This document shows, in pieces, positions 38,996-53,142 of a stretch of DNA of 64,000 nt. This DNA comes from Mobula birostris (lineage: Eukaryota). A program made the translations under genes and the position numbers. The stretch lies in assembly GCF_030028105.1 (NCBI RefSeq), contig NC_092397.1, positions 22,392,630 through 22,456,629 on the forward strand, read 5' to 3'. Each line of letters begins with the position of its first letter. Within the stretch, counting starts at the first letter, position 1. The notes beneath the pieces were generated by a model. That model worked only from the letters and a program-made list of their open reading frames with translations, did not search any database and had not been told where the DNA came from.

Positions 38996-39384
38996 TCTCT
39001 CCTCAAAAACTCTCCGATTCCAATTAAAATCGGACACTCCAGAGACCCAGACTGGTCCTTGTCCGTCACTGAGGCCGCAAAGTTCGCCGGAAAGAGAGTT
39101 TAATCGGGATTAAAGGCAGCACTTTCTAATTTAACCCGTTTGATTACTGCACTGCCCGCGATCTCTCTCCATTTTGTTGACCTGTTCTCTGCTTTTCGGC
39201 TGAAATTTTGAAACTAACTAAAACTTTGCGATTAATTCCCGCTTCGGGACTGAGCTGGGGAGTGGGGCGATCCCATAACAGAGAAATCTTTTCTTTTTGT
39301 ACAGGAGGCGCTGGGAAATCCGGCGATGTGTTCGGACCCACAAACACAGTGATACTCGTCTAATCGCCTGCCGCTTTAAAACAC

Positions 39385-39520
39385 TCTCTCTGAATCAGCA
39401 AGTCAGGCAGCATCAATGGTGAGAATAAACAGTGGACATTTCGGGCCGAGTCCCTTCATCAGGACTCTGGTGGGAGATGCTGCCTGACTTGCTGGGTTCC
39501 TCCAGCATTTTGGCCGCGTT
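39385..39520. mobile_element. Short Penelope-derived element with hammerhead motif
   Basis: Reverse complement of 39431-39466 is AGTCCTGATGAAGGGACTCGGCCCGAAATGTCCACT. Confidence 0.7.
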
Positions 39521-39699
39521 GTTCGCCATTCCCAGAATCTCTTGTCGTTATGCTGACACAATGTTCACATCTGCACCTTCAGAGGCCTGTACTGCTGTCA
39601 GAACAAAACGACAGGTTCCTCGTCATATAACACGGTGATAAATCTGATTCTGATTCCAAGGAATAAAGGACAAAGGACATTGTCTGACCAAACTGACTA

Positions 39700-42600
39700 T
39701 GTAACTGAGAACCTCGGGTCCGGGAAATATACCTTGGAAATCTTTTCTACACTTTCCCCAGTTTAACCACGTTTCCTATAATGGTGACAAGAGCTGTATA
39801 CAAATCGGCAAGTGTGTCCTCCAGTCATTTACACAACTGTGACATAATGTCACAACTGATATACTCTATCCCCTGACTAATGAAGACCAGCATGTTAAAC
39901 CCCGTTCTTCACCACCCTGTCTGCAAGTGACACAACTTTCAATGAACTGTGTTCACTTTACCCCTAAATCTCTCCGGCCCATTCCAGTCCCCAATGACCG
40001 ATCTTTCATAGTGTAAGTTCTACACTGGTTTGACTTTCCAATATGCACCGCCTCACACTTATCTGTATTGAAATGCATTTGCCACACTTGACCCTCTTCC
40101 CTAAGTGATCATGAGCACCCTGTAATCCGCGACATCCTTCCAAGTTAAGTTGAGGGAAGTTTCTCCAACTCATTAATAAAACTTTTGTGCACTGGCATTG
40201 ATCAGTGAAGGTCAGTGAAACCTTGTCCATTCTTGCCTCTTTTACTCTTCATATATCTGAAAATAAATCTTTTTGTATCTTGTTTCTATTATTGGCCAGT
40301 TACTTTCATAATTCATCTGAGTTCTGCATATTGTTATTATAGTTGTTCTGTTTTTTTGTTTTAAGTTTCCCATTCCTTTAGCTTCCCATTAATTTTGGTG
40401 ATATTCTTTGCCCTCTCATGTTCTTTTATGCTGCCTTTGTCTTCTGTTGTTAGCGATGGTTGCCTCATCCTCCCTTTTAAATACTGTTTCTGCTGAGGGA
40501 TGAACCGATCCTGTGTCTGCCAAATTTCTCCTGGAGACTGAAACTTTTCACACAAGGTAATCTGGGAAAGTTGAAATGCCCAACTGCTGTAAACTTGTTC
40601 CCATTACCCCTCTGTGTGATTTACTAATATGTCTGCTGCACAATATCTGAGCCGATTGGGAGGCCGGCAGTATAATCCCATCAAAATCATCATTCATCAT
40701 TTTATTTAAAACCTATACTTACAAGACCTCATCAAAACCCCTCTTATTACTGAAGTGTTGGTCTCCTTATTCAAAGATGCAACATCCTCCACCCATAAGG
40801 TAGCTTTTAAATGTTTCCCCTTCATCTTAAACCATTACCCTGTAAATTTAGGCTTCCCTACCCTACAAAAAGAGTGCTCACCTACTGATTTTGTAAACCT
40901 CTGGACGGTCACCAGACAGCTCCTTACACTCTCAGGAGAGAGAAAGAGAGTCCCAGTCTGTCCAGCTTCTGCTGATAATTAAAGTCCACCAGTGTCAGTA
41001 ACATTCTCATCAAACTTCCCTCCACACTTGCCAGCTTCATGACATCTTTCCTGCAACTGGATGACCAGAACTGTGCAAAATACAGTCTGGTCTCACTTTG
41101 ACTTTTACAGCTGTCATACGGCATCCCAAATTCTCTACTGAGTTCCCTGATCAATGAAGACAAATAGGCCAAACACCACCTTCACCATCCTGACTACCTG
41201 TGTTGTCTCTTTCAGTGAATGATGTTTCTGTATTTCATGGACCCTCTTCTGTAATACTCTCCAAGGGACAAGAATTTACTGTGCAGATCCTTCCCTGGTT
41301 GAACTTCTCATAATGCAACACCTCAAACTTGTCCACATCAATATCCTTCTGCCATTTTTTGGCCGTCTTCCCCAGTTAATCTCCATCCTATTGTACTCTC
41401 ACACAATCTTCACAGTCCACACTACCACCAGCATTGCTGTCATCTGCAAACTCACTGTCACCACAATGTCAGAAAATTGTTAATGTAGATGACAATTGAC
41501 AGTACCAGCACCGATCCCTGTGACTGTCACTGGTCAGAGGCCTCCAACCTGAATAACAAGCTGCCATGACCACCCTCTGCCTCCTTCCATCAAGACAAGT
41601 ATCTTGTCTGGCATCCCCTCTGCTCTAAATGTGTAATACAAAAGAAATAAAGATTAAATCAAAATATATCTACCTATGGCCTACATCTCTCAGAAGAGAC
41701 AAAACCTGAACTCCCCACTCCAATTCTGGCCCACTCATACAATGACCGCTCTGGTTAAGTATAACTTTTTATTGGATCTTGCCACGTTCCGAATTATGGG
41801 CAATCAAACATTTCCTCGGGAACTGTGACATGCAAAATGTGCCAACTGCCCAGGTTCACTTCATCAAACTCCCTCTCCTTTTATATAATCTGATGACTGT
41901 GTGGAACTGTGGCACTCAAAACTGTGGACTGCAGGAAACCAGAGTACATGCCTGCACTGTTCTACAAGGCCACAAATGATTAAAAAAACACTGTATAACA
42001 AACACTGGAATTCCCCAACTGAGATGAATGGGGAGTCTGGATAACTGAAAAGATTCAAAGAGAAGGAAGATAAATGTTTGTAAAATCAGGGAAGTGGGAT
42101 TGACATACAAGGAAGGCTGATGGCAGATCAGACTTTATATGGAATTGTGGGTGAGGGACTAAGAGAGGACACACTGGAGGGTTCATCCAGTGGGACAATG
42201 TGGATAGAGCTCAGGATAAGAGAGGTGCATTCACTGATGGGGTTATACCACAGGCCTCCCAAATGCCGGCAGGAGATAAAGGAACAGAAATGTAGCAGGT
42301 AATGAAAGATGTAAAAGCAACAGGGTAGTTGCAGTGGGTGACTAATTTCCCCAATGTTGACTGGGACTCCCTTAGAGTCAGGGGCTTAGATATCACCGAA
42401 TATGTTAGAAGAATACTGGGATGTTACTTAACATAGAAGTGGATAGTCTAACCCGGGAAGGGAGCCATAGAAACATAGAAACATAGAAAATAGGTGCAGG
42501 AGTAGGCCATTCGGCCCTTCGAGCCTGCACCGCCATTTATTATGATCATGGCTGATCATCCAACTCAGAACCCCGCCCCAGTCTTCCCTCCATACCCCCT

Positions 42601-45600
42601 GACCCCCGTAGCCACAAGGGCCATATCTAACTCCCTCTTAAATATAGCCAGTGAACTGGCCTCAACTGTTTCCTGTGGCAGAGAATTCCACAGATTCACC
42701 ACTCTCTGTGTGAAGAAGTTTTTCCTAATCTCGGTCCTAAAAGGCTTCCCCTCTATCCTCAAACTGAGGCCCCTCGTTCTGGACTTCCCCAACATCGGGA
42801 ACAATCTTCCTGCATCTAGCCTGTCCAATCCCTTTAGGATCTTATACGTTTCAATCAGATCCCCCCTCAATCTTCTAAATTCCAACGAGTACAAGCCCAG
42901 TTCATCCAGTCTTTCTTCATATGAAAGTCCTGCCATCCCAGGAATCAATCTGGTGAACCTTCTTTGTACTCCCTCTATGGCAAGGATGTCTTTCCTCAGA
43001 TTAGGGAACCAAAACTGCACACAATACTCCAGGTGTGGTCTCACCAAGGCCTTGTACAACTGCAGTAGTACCTCCCTGCTCCTGTACTCGAATCCTCTCA
43101 CTATAAATGTCATAGAAAACATTGTATTGAGAAATGAGCCTGGCCATTGATAGAAGTTTCATTTTGGGAACAGTAAATAAGGACAAGACTGGACCTGGTG
43201 GTAATATGGTCATTTGGGGTACAGTTAATTGCAACTGTCTACATTGAACATGTAAATGATGTTTAAAAGCAATCGGGTCAGAATTCAGACAGAACTGTTT
43301 CTATGAGGAGGAAACACAAGGATGGTAAAGTCTGGCAGAGGGGCATAGTGAGAGATGTTATGAATTCAGACTGAAAGAAAATGAAGGATAAGGAATATTT
43401 CAGAAGTAGAAATTGGAGAAAGCCTCTGGCAACATGAAACAAATAAGAGAAGTTAGAGAGAGAATCAGAAGTGTGAAACGGGAAGAAGAAATAACTTTGG
43501 TGAGAAGGGGCACTGCGAAGAGGGTACGACAACACAAGCACAGAGGAGAGAGTTTATGTCTGAAGTGTGCGAAGGACTAAACCTGTACTTCTCATCAGTA
43601 TTCATCAATGTGGTCATGGAGGATAGTGAGATCAGAGAAGGGAATGTTGATATTCCAGGGCATGTTGTTCCTCAGGCAATGGAGACAAATTACAGATTGG
43701 TGAGTCTTGGATCAATGTTCGGGAAATTATTCGAGAATATTATTAGAGATAGGATCTCTAATAAAAGTTTGGAGGGTGAAAGGAGGATATCATGATTCAG
43801 AAGGCAAAGTGAGCAAAATCCAAGAGATTCTCTTGGTATATTCATAGGAAAAGTTAAGTTAGACACAGAATCGTTCCCCTTGGAGGTGAACATGGCCATC
43901 TGTGTGTGGAGGCAAATGAAATAGGAGAGGCTATCCATGAATATTTCTGACAGTTATTTCACCATTGCAAAAATTCTTTAAGGTTGTTAAATCTCCAGGG
44001 CTTTATCAGGTACATTCTCGTACTTTGTGGGAAGCTGGAGAATACACTGTGGAGGCCAGGGGAGAGATTATTTTGCTTCATCTCAGGCACCAGTTGAGGT
44101 TGCACATGATTGGACAGGGTGAGCAATGTGGAATTGATAGTTTTGAGGCCCAGACTGTGGATGATATGAAGAGGCAGGCTGTGTTGAGGAAGCAGGGAGT
44201 CTGCAGTAGCACTTGACAGATTTAGAGAATGGACAAGGAAGTGCCAGATGAAATACAGTGTAATGAAGTGTGTGGTCATGTACTCTGGTAGGAGGAATAA
44301 CACCCTAGGCTCTTTCTAATCAGGGAGAGAACAGAAATCAGTTGTGTGAAGGGTCTTAGTGCACGATTCCCTAAAGGTTAATGCACACATTGAGTTGGTA
44401 GTGAGGAAGGCAAATGTAATACTTGCATGCATTTCAAGAGAACTAGAAAATAAAAACAAGGATCTAATGCTGAGGCTTTGGTCAGACCTTATTTGGAGTA
44501 TCATGAGCAGGCTTGGGTAACTTTTCTAAGAAAGGATGTGCTGGCATTGCAGAGGCTGTAGTGGAAATTCATGAGAATGATCCCAGGACTGAAAGAGTTA
44601 GGATGTAATAATCATTTGATAATCTGGGCCTGCAGTCACTGGAGTCTAGAAGAATGAGGGAGAATCTTATAGAAACACATTGAATATTGAACGGCCTAGA
44701 TAGCGTTGATGTGAGAGGATGTTTCCAATAATGGAGGAATCTAGAACCAAACCACACCCTCAATAAAAGATGCCCCTCTAGAATAGAGATGAGTAATTTC
44801 TTTAGTCAGAAGGTGATGAATCAATGGATTTCATTTCCACAGGCAGCCATAAAGGCAGTCAGTGTTTTTTTTTAAAGCAGAGGTTAGTAGATTTTTAATT
44901 ATTATTAAGGGTATCAAAGTTTATGGGTAGAAGGCAGGAGAATGGGGTTGAGATGGATATATGATGGAATGGCAGAACAGACTGAATGGGCCAAAAGGCC
45001 TAATCCTGCTCCTGTGACTTCAGGACTGATGGTTTATGCGCTGCCATTGTTCAAAAAGGGTAGTGGAAACTACAGGCCCATCAGTCTGTAATTTGTTGGA
45101 AGAGTTTCTGATGAACAGGATCCACCAAAATTTGGTTTGATTCAAGACAGTCAGCACAGTTTTGTGCAAGGAAAATTATGTCTGGTAATTTCTTGCAGCC
45201 CTTTGAGGGGTTTCACAAGGGCGTAGATGAGGTTAGGGCTGTGGATGTTGTTTATATGGACATTAGCCAAGCCTTTGATTATAGTCTGGAAGGTTAGATC
45301 TAGAAACTGGAATCTGGGGAGATAGTTGATCGATTCCATAATTGCCTCCGTGACAGGAGGCAGAGGCTGATGGTTGAGGGTTGTGTCTCAGACTGGAGCT
45401 GTCTGTCTAGTGGTGTGCCACTGGGTGACAGGACCTTTGTTGTTTGTAATTTATATAAATAATGTCCATGTGAATGTGTAATTCACTGAAAGTGACGTCT
45501 CAGCTAGATACGGTGGTGAAGATGGGGTTTGATCTGCTGGCCTTCATCATTCATGTCACTGAGTACAAGAGTTGAGAAGAAGTGTTGCAGATACACAAGT

Positions 45601-48060
45601 CTTCGGTGAGGACTGATTAAAGGAAACCATGCTGACTTTGGCCTATTTTTTCATGTGTTGCCAAGTACCCGAAAATACATCCTTGACAATTGACTCCATC
45701 ATCCTCCCAACCACTGAGATCGGACTAGCTGGCCTATGATTTGCTTTCTTCTGCTTCTCTCTCTTTAAGAGTGGATGACCTTTGCAATTTTCCTGTTCTC
45801 TGGAACCACACCAGAATCCAGAGATTATGGAAAGATTATTAATAAAACTGCCACAATCTCTTCAGCCACATCTTTCATAGAACTGGTGTAGATAATCTGG
45901 TCCAAGGGAATTTTCTACCTTCAGACCTTTCAGTTTCCCAAGGACCATCTCCCTAGTAAAGGCAAAATCACTCATTTCTGCCCCCTGTTTCTCTTGAATT
46001 TCCAGCAGACTGCTAATATCGTCCCCAGTGAAGACTGATGCACAATACTTATTCAGATTGTCTGCCATTTTCCTGTACCCCATTACTACCTCTCCAGTAA
46101 CATCTTCCAATGAACTAATATCTACTTTTGCCTCTCTTTTACACTTTGTATATCTGAAGAAACTTTTGGTATCCTCTTTAATACCAGTGGCTAGCTTACC
46201 TTTGTATTCCAACTTTTCCCTCTCTTCATGACTTTTTTTGTTGCTTTTTGTTGGTTTTAAAAGTTGTAAATACTCTGAGAGTCAGGGACATCTCGGAGCA
46301 GATACAGAACAGGGGGATGGTGTTCATTCAGCCAGAGATGGTGATTCACATCGGTACCAATGGACAGGTAGAAAAGGGATGATGTCCCACAGAGAGTTAG
46401 GGAAGAAGTTATGGAGCAGAACCTGAAATGTTGTAATCTCCAGTTTACTCCTAGTGCCCTGTGGTGGTAGGGATACAAACAGAAAGTGACAGCTAATGAA
46501 TGTGTGGCTAAGGAGCTGATACAGGGACAGGGTTTCAGGATTACGGAACATTGGAACCTCTTCTGGTGCTGGGGTGACATTTACAAGAGGGATGGTTTGC
46601 AGTTTCAGTGGAGGGCGGTCAGGATCATGAAGTTCATTGCTGCACCCTATGAGGGTTGAAACGAGATTGACAGGGGGATGTGAAACAGAACACTAGTCAC
46701 TGAATGGAGAGATTGAAGCTAAGTTAGATGCCAGGCACAGCAATATGTAATGTTGGATTTTGAGTCAAATCCACATCTGACCTGGAGTTTGTTTAAAGAC
46801 CAGTGCAGTGTTTCAGGGCCAGTTTGTTCCAGTAAGAGGGAGGGTCAAGAATGGCAAGGTTCAGGAACCTTGGATGATGAGACAGGAAGTTAATTTAATC
46901 GAGGAGGAGGAAGAAGCATAAGTAAGGCTTAGGAAGCTAGAATCAAACAGGGTGTTTGAGGACTATATTTAAAAAATAGGGGAACTCAAGAACATTTGGA
47001 GAGCTGGAAACAGTGATGAAAAATCTCTGGCAAGTGGGATTGAAGATAATCCCATTGTATTCCGTACATTCGTTGTGGTGAAAAGGATACCTAGGGCTGC
47101 ACTTTGGGAGATCCAACATCAAGGGTGTGTACACAGTTAATGGCAGGAACATTAACAGTATTGACAAAGAGAAGGATGTCGAGGTTCAGAGACATCGGTT
47201 CCCTAAAACTGGGAGCACAGGTTGACAGGGAGGTGAAGTCGGTGTATGGCATGTTTACCTTCATCAGGCAAGGCATTGAGTTCAAGCACCAGGACATGAT
47301 GTTACAGGTTTATAAAATGCTGGTTAGGCCACATTGAGAGTATCGTGTTCAGTTCTGATCACCTCAATATAGGAAGCATGTGGAGGGTTCGGAACAGGAT
47401 GTCTGGAGGAGGTGTGCGCTGAGGAGAGGCTCGACATGCTGAAACTTTTTGCTTCTGGAGTGGCGTTGGCTCAGGAGAGATTTGATAGAAACCTGTGGAA
47501 TTTTGTGGTCATAGTTGGTGTAGACAGCCAGTAATATTTTTCACAGAAGGCATGTATTTAAGCTCAGAGGAAGAAAGTGAAGAAAACAGATTGATGGAGA
47601 CATGGAATGCACTGCCAGGGGTGGTGGCAGAGACAGAGAGCACAGGAGTATTTAAGGAAATCTTAGACAGTCACAAGTATATGTAGAGAAGGGCCAAAGG
47701 GCCACTCCTGTACTGTCCTTTGTTCTCTGAACAGCAGATGGCCCCTGGGCATGGATCCGTGCAGGAGACTGGGATATTATATCCCCAACAGAAAAATGAT
47801 TGTCGGAGGGGCAGGACCGGCAGCTCAGTTTCACAATACAAATGCTACAGGTACGATGGAGTGGAGGGGAGAGATGTGTTTGACCAGAGAGAACATCTCA
47901 GTGGAACTTAGAGAAGACATCCCTGGGGATTGCCGCATCATGTATACTGGGACCGCCGCACTGCAAAAGGGTTGGTGGCGCAGAATTTATTCTGTGTGTC
48001 CAGTTTTATCAATCAGTATTTAGAAGTTCCTACTAGAGACAGGACAGCACTGAACCTCCT
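39700..48060. mobile_element. Mosaic of old CR1 fragments on both strands
   Basis: Recurrent CR1 ORF1/ORF2 motifs (FAQFWS, YHRPP, LAFISR-like, IKEDTKSFFRY, LVRPH). Confidence 0.75.
42467..43110 (-). mobile_element. Young 5'-truncated CR1 insertion
   Basis: Uninterrupted ORF 42565-43122 (LYKALVRPHLEYCVQFW...FFTQRVVNLWNSLP); (CATAGAAA)n tail. Confidence 0.92.
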
Positions 48061-48084
48061 TGTCGATCCACCCACCCCCTCCCT

Positions 48085-48152
48085 TTTCTTCCTGGCACAA
48101 ACAAAAGTCTGTATCAGAGCGACCCACCGCCTCACAGAGGGAGCCGTGTCTC
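48085..48152 (+). pseudogene. Orphan H4 3'-end remnant
   Basis: GCACAAACAAAAGTCTGTATCAGAGCGACCCACCGCCTCACAGAGGGAGCCGT aligns with the H4 3' end at 36260-36313; stem-loop decayed, no CDS. Confidence 0.7.
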
Positions 48153-48698
48153 GGGAGATCTGACCAAACTGACCCCGACTTTGCAAATGTTCATTTATAT
48201 TTCAGAGACCCAGGCGGACGAGATTTTCAGTAAATACTGTCAGTTCCATACGGTAAATGTACTTTTGCAGATAAATGTAAAGCTGCAAATCAATATTGTT
48301 CTGTGAGGCGGTGGGAATTGCTCATGAAGCGATCAGTGGGACGGTCCAGGGTCAACCCGCAATGTGAAACCCAGACAACGCGGTTTCAGGTCATGAAGAC
48401 CGGAATCGTTCAATGATCGGAGATTAAATTCACCCTCCGGGGGCTGACTCTGAAAGTTAATTTCCCCGCCCCACAAGGGGAGAGAGCTCCATTCAGCCAG
48501 CAGAGAGGGGAAATGAGGCAGGGTGTAGCGGACCGCGTACTCTGCAGACTTTTACCGATTTAATTCGCGGAAGAAACACGACAGAAGGAGAGAAAACGTT
48601 ACCAGGGATGCCTCCGATCGGGGCCGTGTCAGACACACAGCCGAGTTACTCCGAACGGTAATCACCCGCTGTTCAGCCCTTCCACAGACACTGTGAGT

Positions 48699-48714
48699 GG
48701 CTCTGAAAAGAGCC
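48699..48714 (-). terminator. Histone 3' stem-loop (H2A)
   Basis: Reverse complement GGCTCT-TTTC-AGAGCC; HDE-like GGAAGGGCTG. Confidence 0.95.
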
Positions 48715-48744
48715 TTTGGGTAAATAGGTTCAGTTTACGTCGCT

Positions 48745-49400
<656 letters not shown>

Positions 49401-49933
49401 TTTAATCTGAAATTAAATCATTGCTGATCTGTTTGAGGACTGGGTCTTCGTATTTCCCCCTGTTATTGAAACCGGGCACATTTAATGTAAGTGTAGTTGA
49501 TAATGGAGTGTCTGGGAACTCAAATTTCTTTCAACTCGTAAAGGAACCGAGTAAAACTGACACTCAGCTTCTGCCCGGTGCTGGTCATTGTGTAAACGTT
49601 AGCAGGTTATGGACAAACGGCTCTTCTCAAACTGTGACCAGCGGCTAGTCTGCAATTTTTTTAAAAAAACTGTTCTATGAAAGAACCGTGAAGTCGTTCC
49701 GGCCTCGAATTAAAATGAGATTCAGAGAAGTTACCTAACTCCAAATAATAAACTCCTGAACCCACAGCTAAAACAGCAACGGGAGTGGGAGGAATGTTAA
49801 ACACCAGGATTATAGGGGGAAGATGAAGCGGATATTCCAACCGCTCTTTAGCTCCTGTAAAAGCCACCACACATAAAACGTGCGCCATGTATTGCCTAAA
49901 TGCTAGTACAACTCTCTCAGTGAAATCGTGAGT

Positions 49934-49949
49934 GGCTCTTAAAAGAGCC
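49934..49949 (-). terminator. Histone 3' stem-loop (H2B-1)
   Basis: Reverse complement GGCTCT-TTTA-AGAGCC. Confidence 0.95.
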
Positions 49950-49980
49950 GTTGTGTTTTCGATCATCTCACTGGGGAACT

Positions 49981-50355
49981 TTACTTGGAGCTGGTGTACT
50001 TGGTCACCGCCTTTGTCCCTTCGGAAACGGCGTGCTTGGCCAGCTCCCCGGGCAGCAGCAGGCGCACGGCGGTCTGGATCTCCCGTGAGGTGATGGTTGA
50101 CCGCTTGTTGTAATGGGCCAGGCGTGAAGCCTCGCCCCCGATGCGCTCGAAGATGTCGTTGACGAATGAGTTCATGATGCTCATGGCCTTGGAGGAGATG
50201 CCAGTATCGGGGTGAACCTGCTTCATCACTTTGTAGATGTAGATGGAGTAACTCTCCTTCCTCAGCCTCTTGCGCTTCTTCCCTGCCTTACCGGCTGGTT
50301 TGGGCAGAGTTTTCTTGGCGCCCTTCTTCGGAGCGGGTTTCGCTGTCTCAGGCAT
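49981..50355 (-). CDS. H2B: Histone H2B
   Basis: 124 aa; [26 protein letters not shown]...AVTKYTSSK. Confidence 0.99.
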   Translation of the reverse strand: MPETAKPAPKKGAKKTLPKPAGKAGKKRKRLRKESYSIYIYKVMKQVHPDTGISSKAMSIMNSFVNDIFERIGGEASRLAHYNKRSTITSREIQTAVRLLLPGELAKHAVSEGTKAVTKYTSSK

Positions 50356-50404
50356 TTCAGCTGACCGCTTCAGAACGACAAATAAGTAAAACGGACCCGG
50401 AGCA

Positions 50405-50540
50405 CGAATTAAATAGGCAGCGCCCAGAGGTGTATGCTAATGAGGGATGGGATGCCTAGGTTTCTCAATGGCTATTTGAAGTAACGTTCATGCAGTAAGA
50501 TAATTTGATTGGATAGCTAAAGGAATCAACCAATCAGAAC
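50405..50540 (-). promoter_or_regulatory. H2B promoter
   Basis: TATTTAA at 50409-50415, octamer variant ATGCTAAT at 50434-50441, CCAAT boxes at about 50508 and 50530. Confidence 0.8.
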
Positions 50541-50909
50541 TCGTTCTGCACTACCCAGTGTTCGTTTTGGGTAACACCGTGGACAGGGACCTGTCGCCGA
50601 TCTGGTGAGTTGCCGCTGCCGGTTAATTCCGCAGGAAGGAAATCTAAAATACAAAATGGACCAACTACAGCGGCAGTATTCGGTCATTCGGCCCGTCGTA
50701 TCTGCTAGAAAAGCAGATGGAATGAGGAAAACACACAGTTGATAATATGAAACGTTTATGTAATGAAACAGGACAGCAGGAGACCGAAGGTCAAATGGAC
50801 CAGGTGAAAGATAAATTTACTGCAGCAGCATCATAAACACATAGTATCCACGATACAGTGCTCACAAGAACTAAACTGCTGTACAGAATTGTAAAAAGAG
50901 AAGAGAATT

Positions 50910-51016
50910 AGCAGTTAGTCCTGACGAAGGGTCTCGGCCCAAAATGTCGACTGTACCTCTTTCCCAGAGATGCTGCCTGGCCTGCTGCGTTCATCAGCAA
51001 CTTTGATGTGTGTTGC
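50910..51016 (+). mobile_element. Short Penelope-derived hammerhead element with 8-bp TSD
   Basis: AGTCCTGACGAAGGGTCTCGGCCCAAAATGTCGACT; AGAGAATT at 50902-50909 and 51017-51024. Confidence 0.8.
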
Positions 51017-51142
51017 AGAGAATTTGAACGAGTCTCAAGACAGTCCATTGCAGTGTAAATTGATCAAAGTGGTGCTGTCTTGAGGTGGGGAGGAGCGTTG
51101 TTGGGTTTTGTTAAAGTACGTAATGTCTGTACATTACGTACA

Positions 51143-51320
51143 GGGTTCATTCTGTACCCGTCAGCCTCTGGTACAGTGTGAGAGTGTGGAGTTCATTCTG
51201 TACCTGTCAGTCTCTGGTACAGTGTGAGAGTGTGGGGTTCATTCTGTACCCGTCAGTCTCTGGTACAGTGTGAGAGTGTGAGGTTCATTCTGTACCTGTC
51301 AGTCTCTGGTACAGTGTGGG
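51143..51320. repeat. Minisatellite, about 4 x 46 bp
   Basis: GTTCATTCTGTACC recurs at 51145, 51191, 51237 and 51283. Confidence 0.93.
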
Positions 51321-51434
51321 AGTTGGTACTTGGCACTGTGTCTCCCAGTCTCTCATGCAGTGTAAATGTAGAAACTTCTTTCAGATTCATCCTCATAATT
51401 GAATTATTTTTAGCTTTTTAAACAATAACACACA

Positions 51435-51870
51435 ATGCGATGTGGCCACACATTTGTTGGAGGAACAACACCTTATGGGTGGCTTCCAACCTGACGGCAT
51501 GAACATCGAACTCTCGCATTTCTGGTAATGCCTCCCACACCCCCCCCTTCACCATTTCCCATCATCTTGCCCACCCACCATCTCCCTCTGGTGCTCCTCT
51601 CCCCTTTTCTTTCTTCCATGGCCTCCTGTCTCTTTCACTAATCAACTTCCCAGCCCCCTACAGGTTTCACACTCACCTTATTTTCTCTCTCCCCTTCCCC
51701 ACCTTTTAAATCTACTCCTCAGATTTTCTCCTAAGTCCTGCCAAAGGGTTTTGTCCCAAAACAGTGGCTGTGTTTTTTTTCTATAGATGCTGCCTGACCC
51801 GCTGAGTTTGTTCAGCATTTGTGTGTGTGGCTTGGATTTCCAGCAACTGTAGATTTTCTCCTGTTTGTGA
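51435..51870 (+). mobile_element. Penelope-like element 3' end
   Basis: LEEQHL...QPDGMNIE.S.FW* GIY-YIG end, pyrimidine tract, degenerate hammerhead, terminal segment. Confidence 0.8.
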
Positions 51871-52562
51871 CACAATGCTGTACATCAGTGTCTCAGTGAT
51901 GATGTATCTGGTTACCTCTGAATGGACTTTGGAGCAGAGCATCCAGAGTAACAAGCCCAGACCATTCAACCCAACTCTGGTCTTGTGATAAATGTGTAAC
52001 TTTCCTCGAGTCTCGGTGTGGGAGGGTTTGAATGGTGTGTATCGTGTAGCAACATTTGAACTGATAGAATTGAGAATGATTTTGACTGTAGATATGTAAC
52101 CAGTGTGTCCACAGTGATCAGTGATGGGACCTTTGTTTGATCAGATTAAAACATACGTGGGCGGATCAGATCGCTGATGACATGAATATTGGTGCAGTTG
52201 TGGGTGGCGAGGAAGGTTGTCAAATGGACAGAAGCGGATATAGATCAATTGGAATCATGGATGGAGAAATGGGGGAAATGGATTTTAATCTGGACAAGTG
52301 TGAGGAGTTTTACAGGTAAAATGTCAGAAGAAACTCCACAGTAAATGGCAGCACCCTTAGGAGCACTAATACACGAGAGAACTTGATGTGTTCCTCTGTA
52401 TTATCTTGCAAGTGTCACTAAAAGGAAGTAAACTGCTCTAAAGATCACAGAGCGGGAGCAGTAAGAGGATTCAGTGGGGGGTGGGGTCGCTGTAGGGTAA
52501 TGTCATGGCTGGAAATGTGCGTAATTAATGACCACTGACATTCTGTTGTGTTTCTCTTTTAG

Positions 52563-52583
52563 AAGCTGGACTGCTGTTATGAT
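52563..52583 (+). other. Predicted 21-nt microexon
   Basis: Branch point CACTGAC at about 52533, polypyrimidine tract, TTTTAG | AAGCTGGACTGCTGTTATGAT | GTAAGT. Confidence 0.5.
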
Positions 52584-53142
52584 GTAAGTATGTGAAGTTT
52601 TTTTTTAAACTGTGCTTTATGTTTCTGTATTTGGAGGACAATAAATGAGTTATGGTTTTCCTGAAATAGAAAATGCCTCATGCCATTTTATTTGTAAAAG
52701 TCTTCACACTGCAAGAATACCGCAGTATCAATCTGCACCAAGAAAACCTGATCACATTCTCTTGAGGGTTAATGGCATTGCTGACTCTGAGTTTACTACC
52801 GTCGAATGCCAGCAGGGTCACAATCAGCAGAAACTCTCACAAAGCAGCTCTGTTTGTATTGTGTGCTTAGTAGGTCTGTGGGAGATACCCAGAATGTGAA
52901 GCTATAGTAATGGAGAGAGACACACTGAGCCAAGTCACAGCTTGATGGGCAGAGGGGAAAACAGAGAATTTGATGTTGTGTCCTTATGCCTGTACTATGC
53001 CCAGTTAGAAGTGTTGTTCCTCCGCACAGTGTTCAGCCTCACTGTAACAGTGTGACATCAGACATCAACATGAAAACCAAAATAATCTCAGCTGAGATGT
53101 ATTCTCTTTCACCTGTTGATCACCTTTGCAAACATTTTACAG

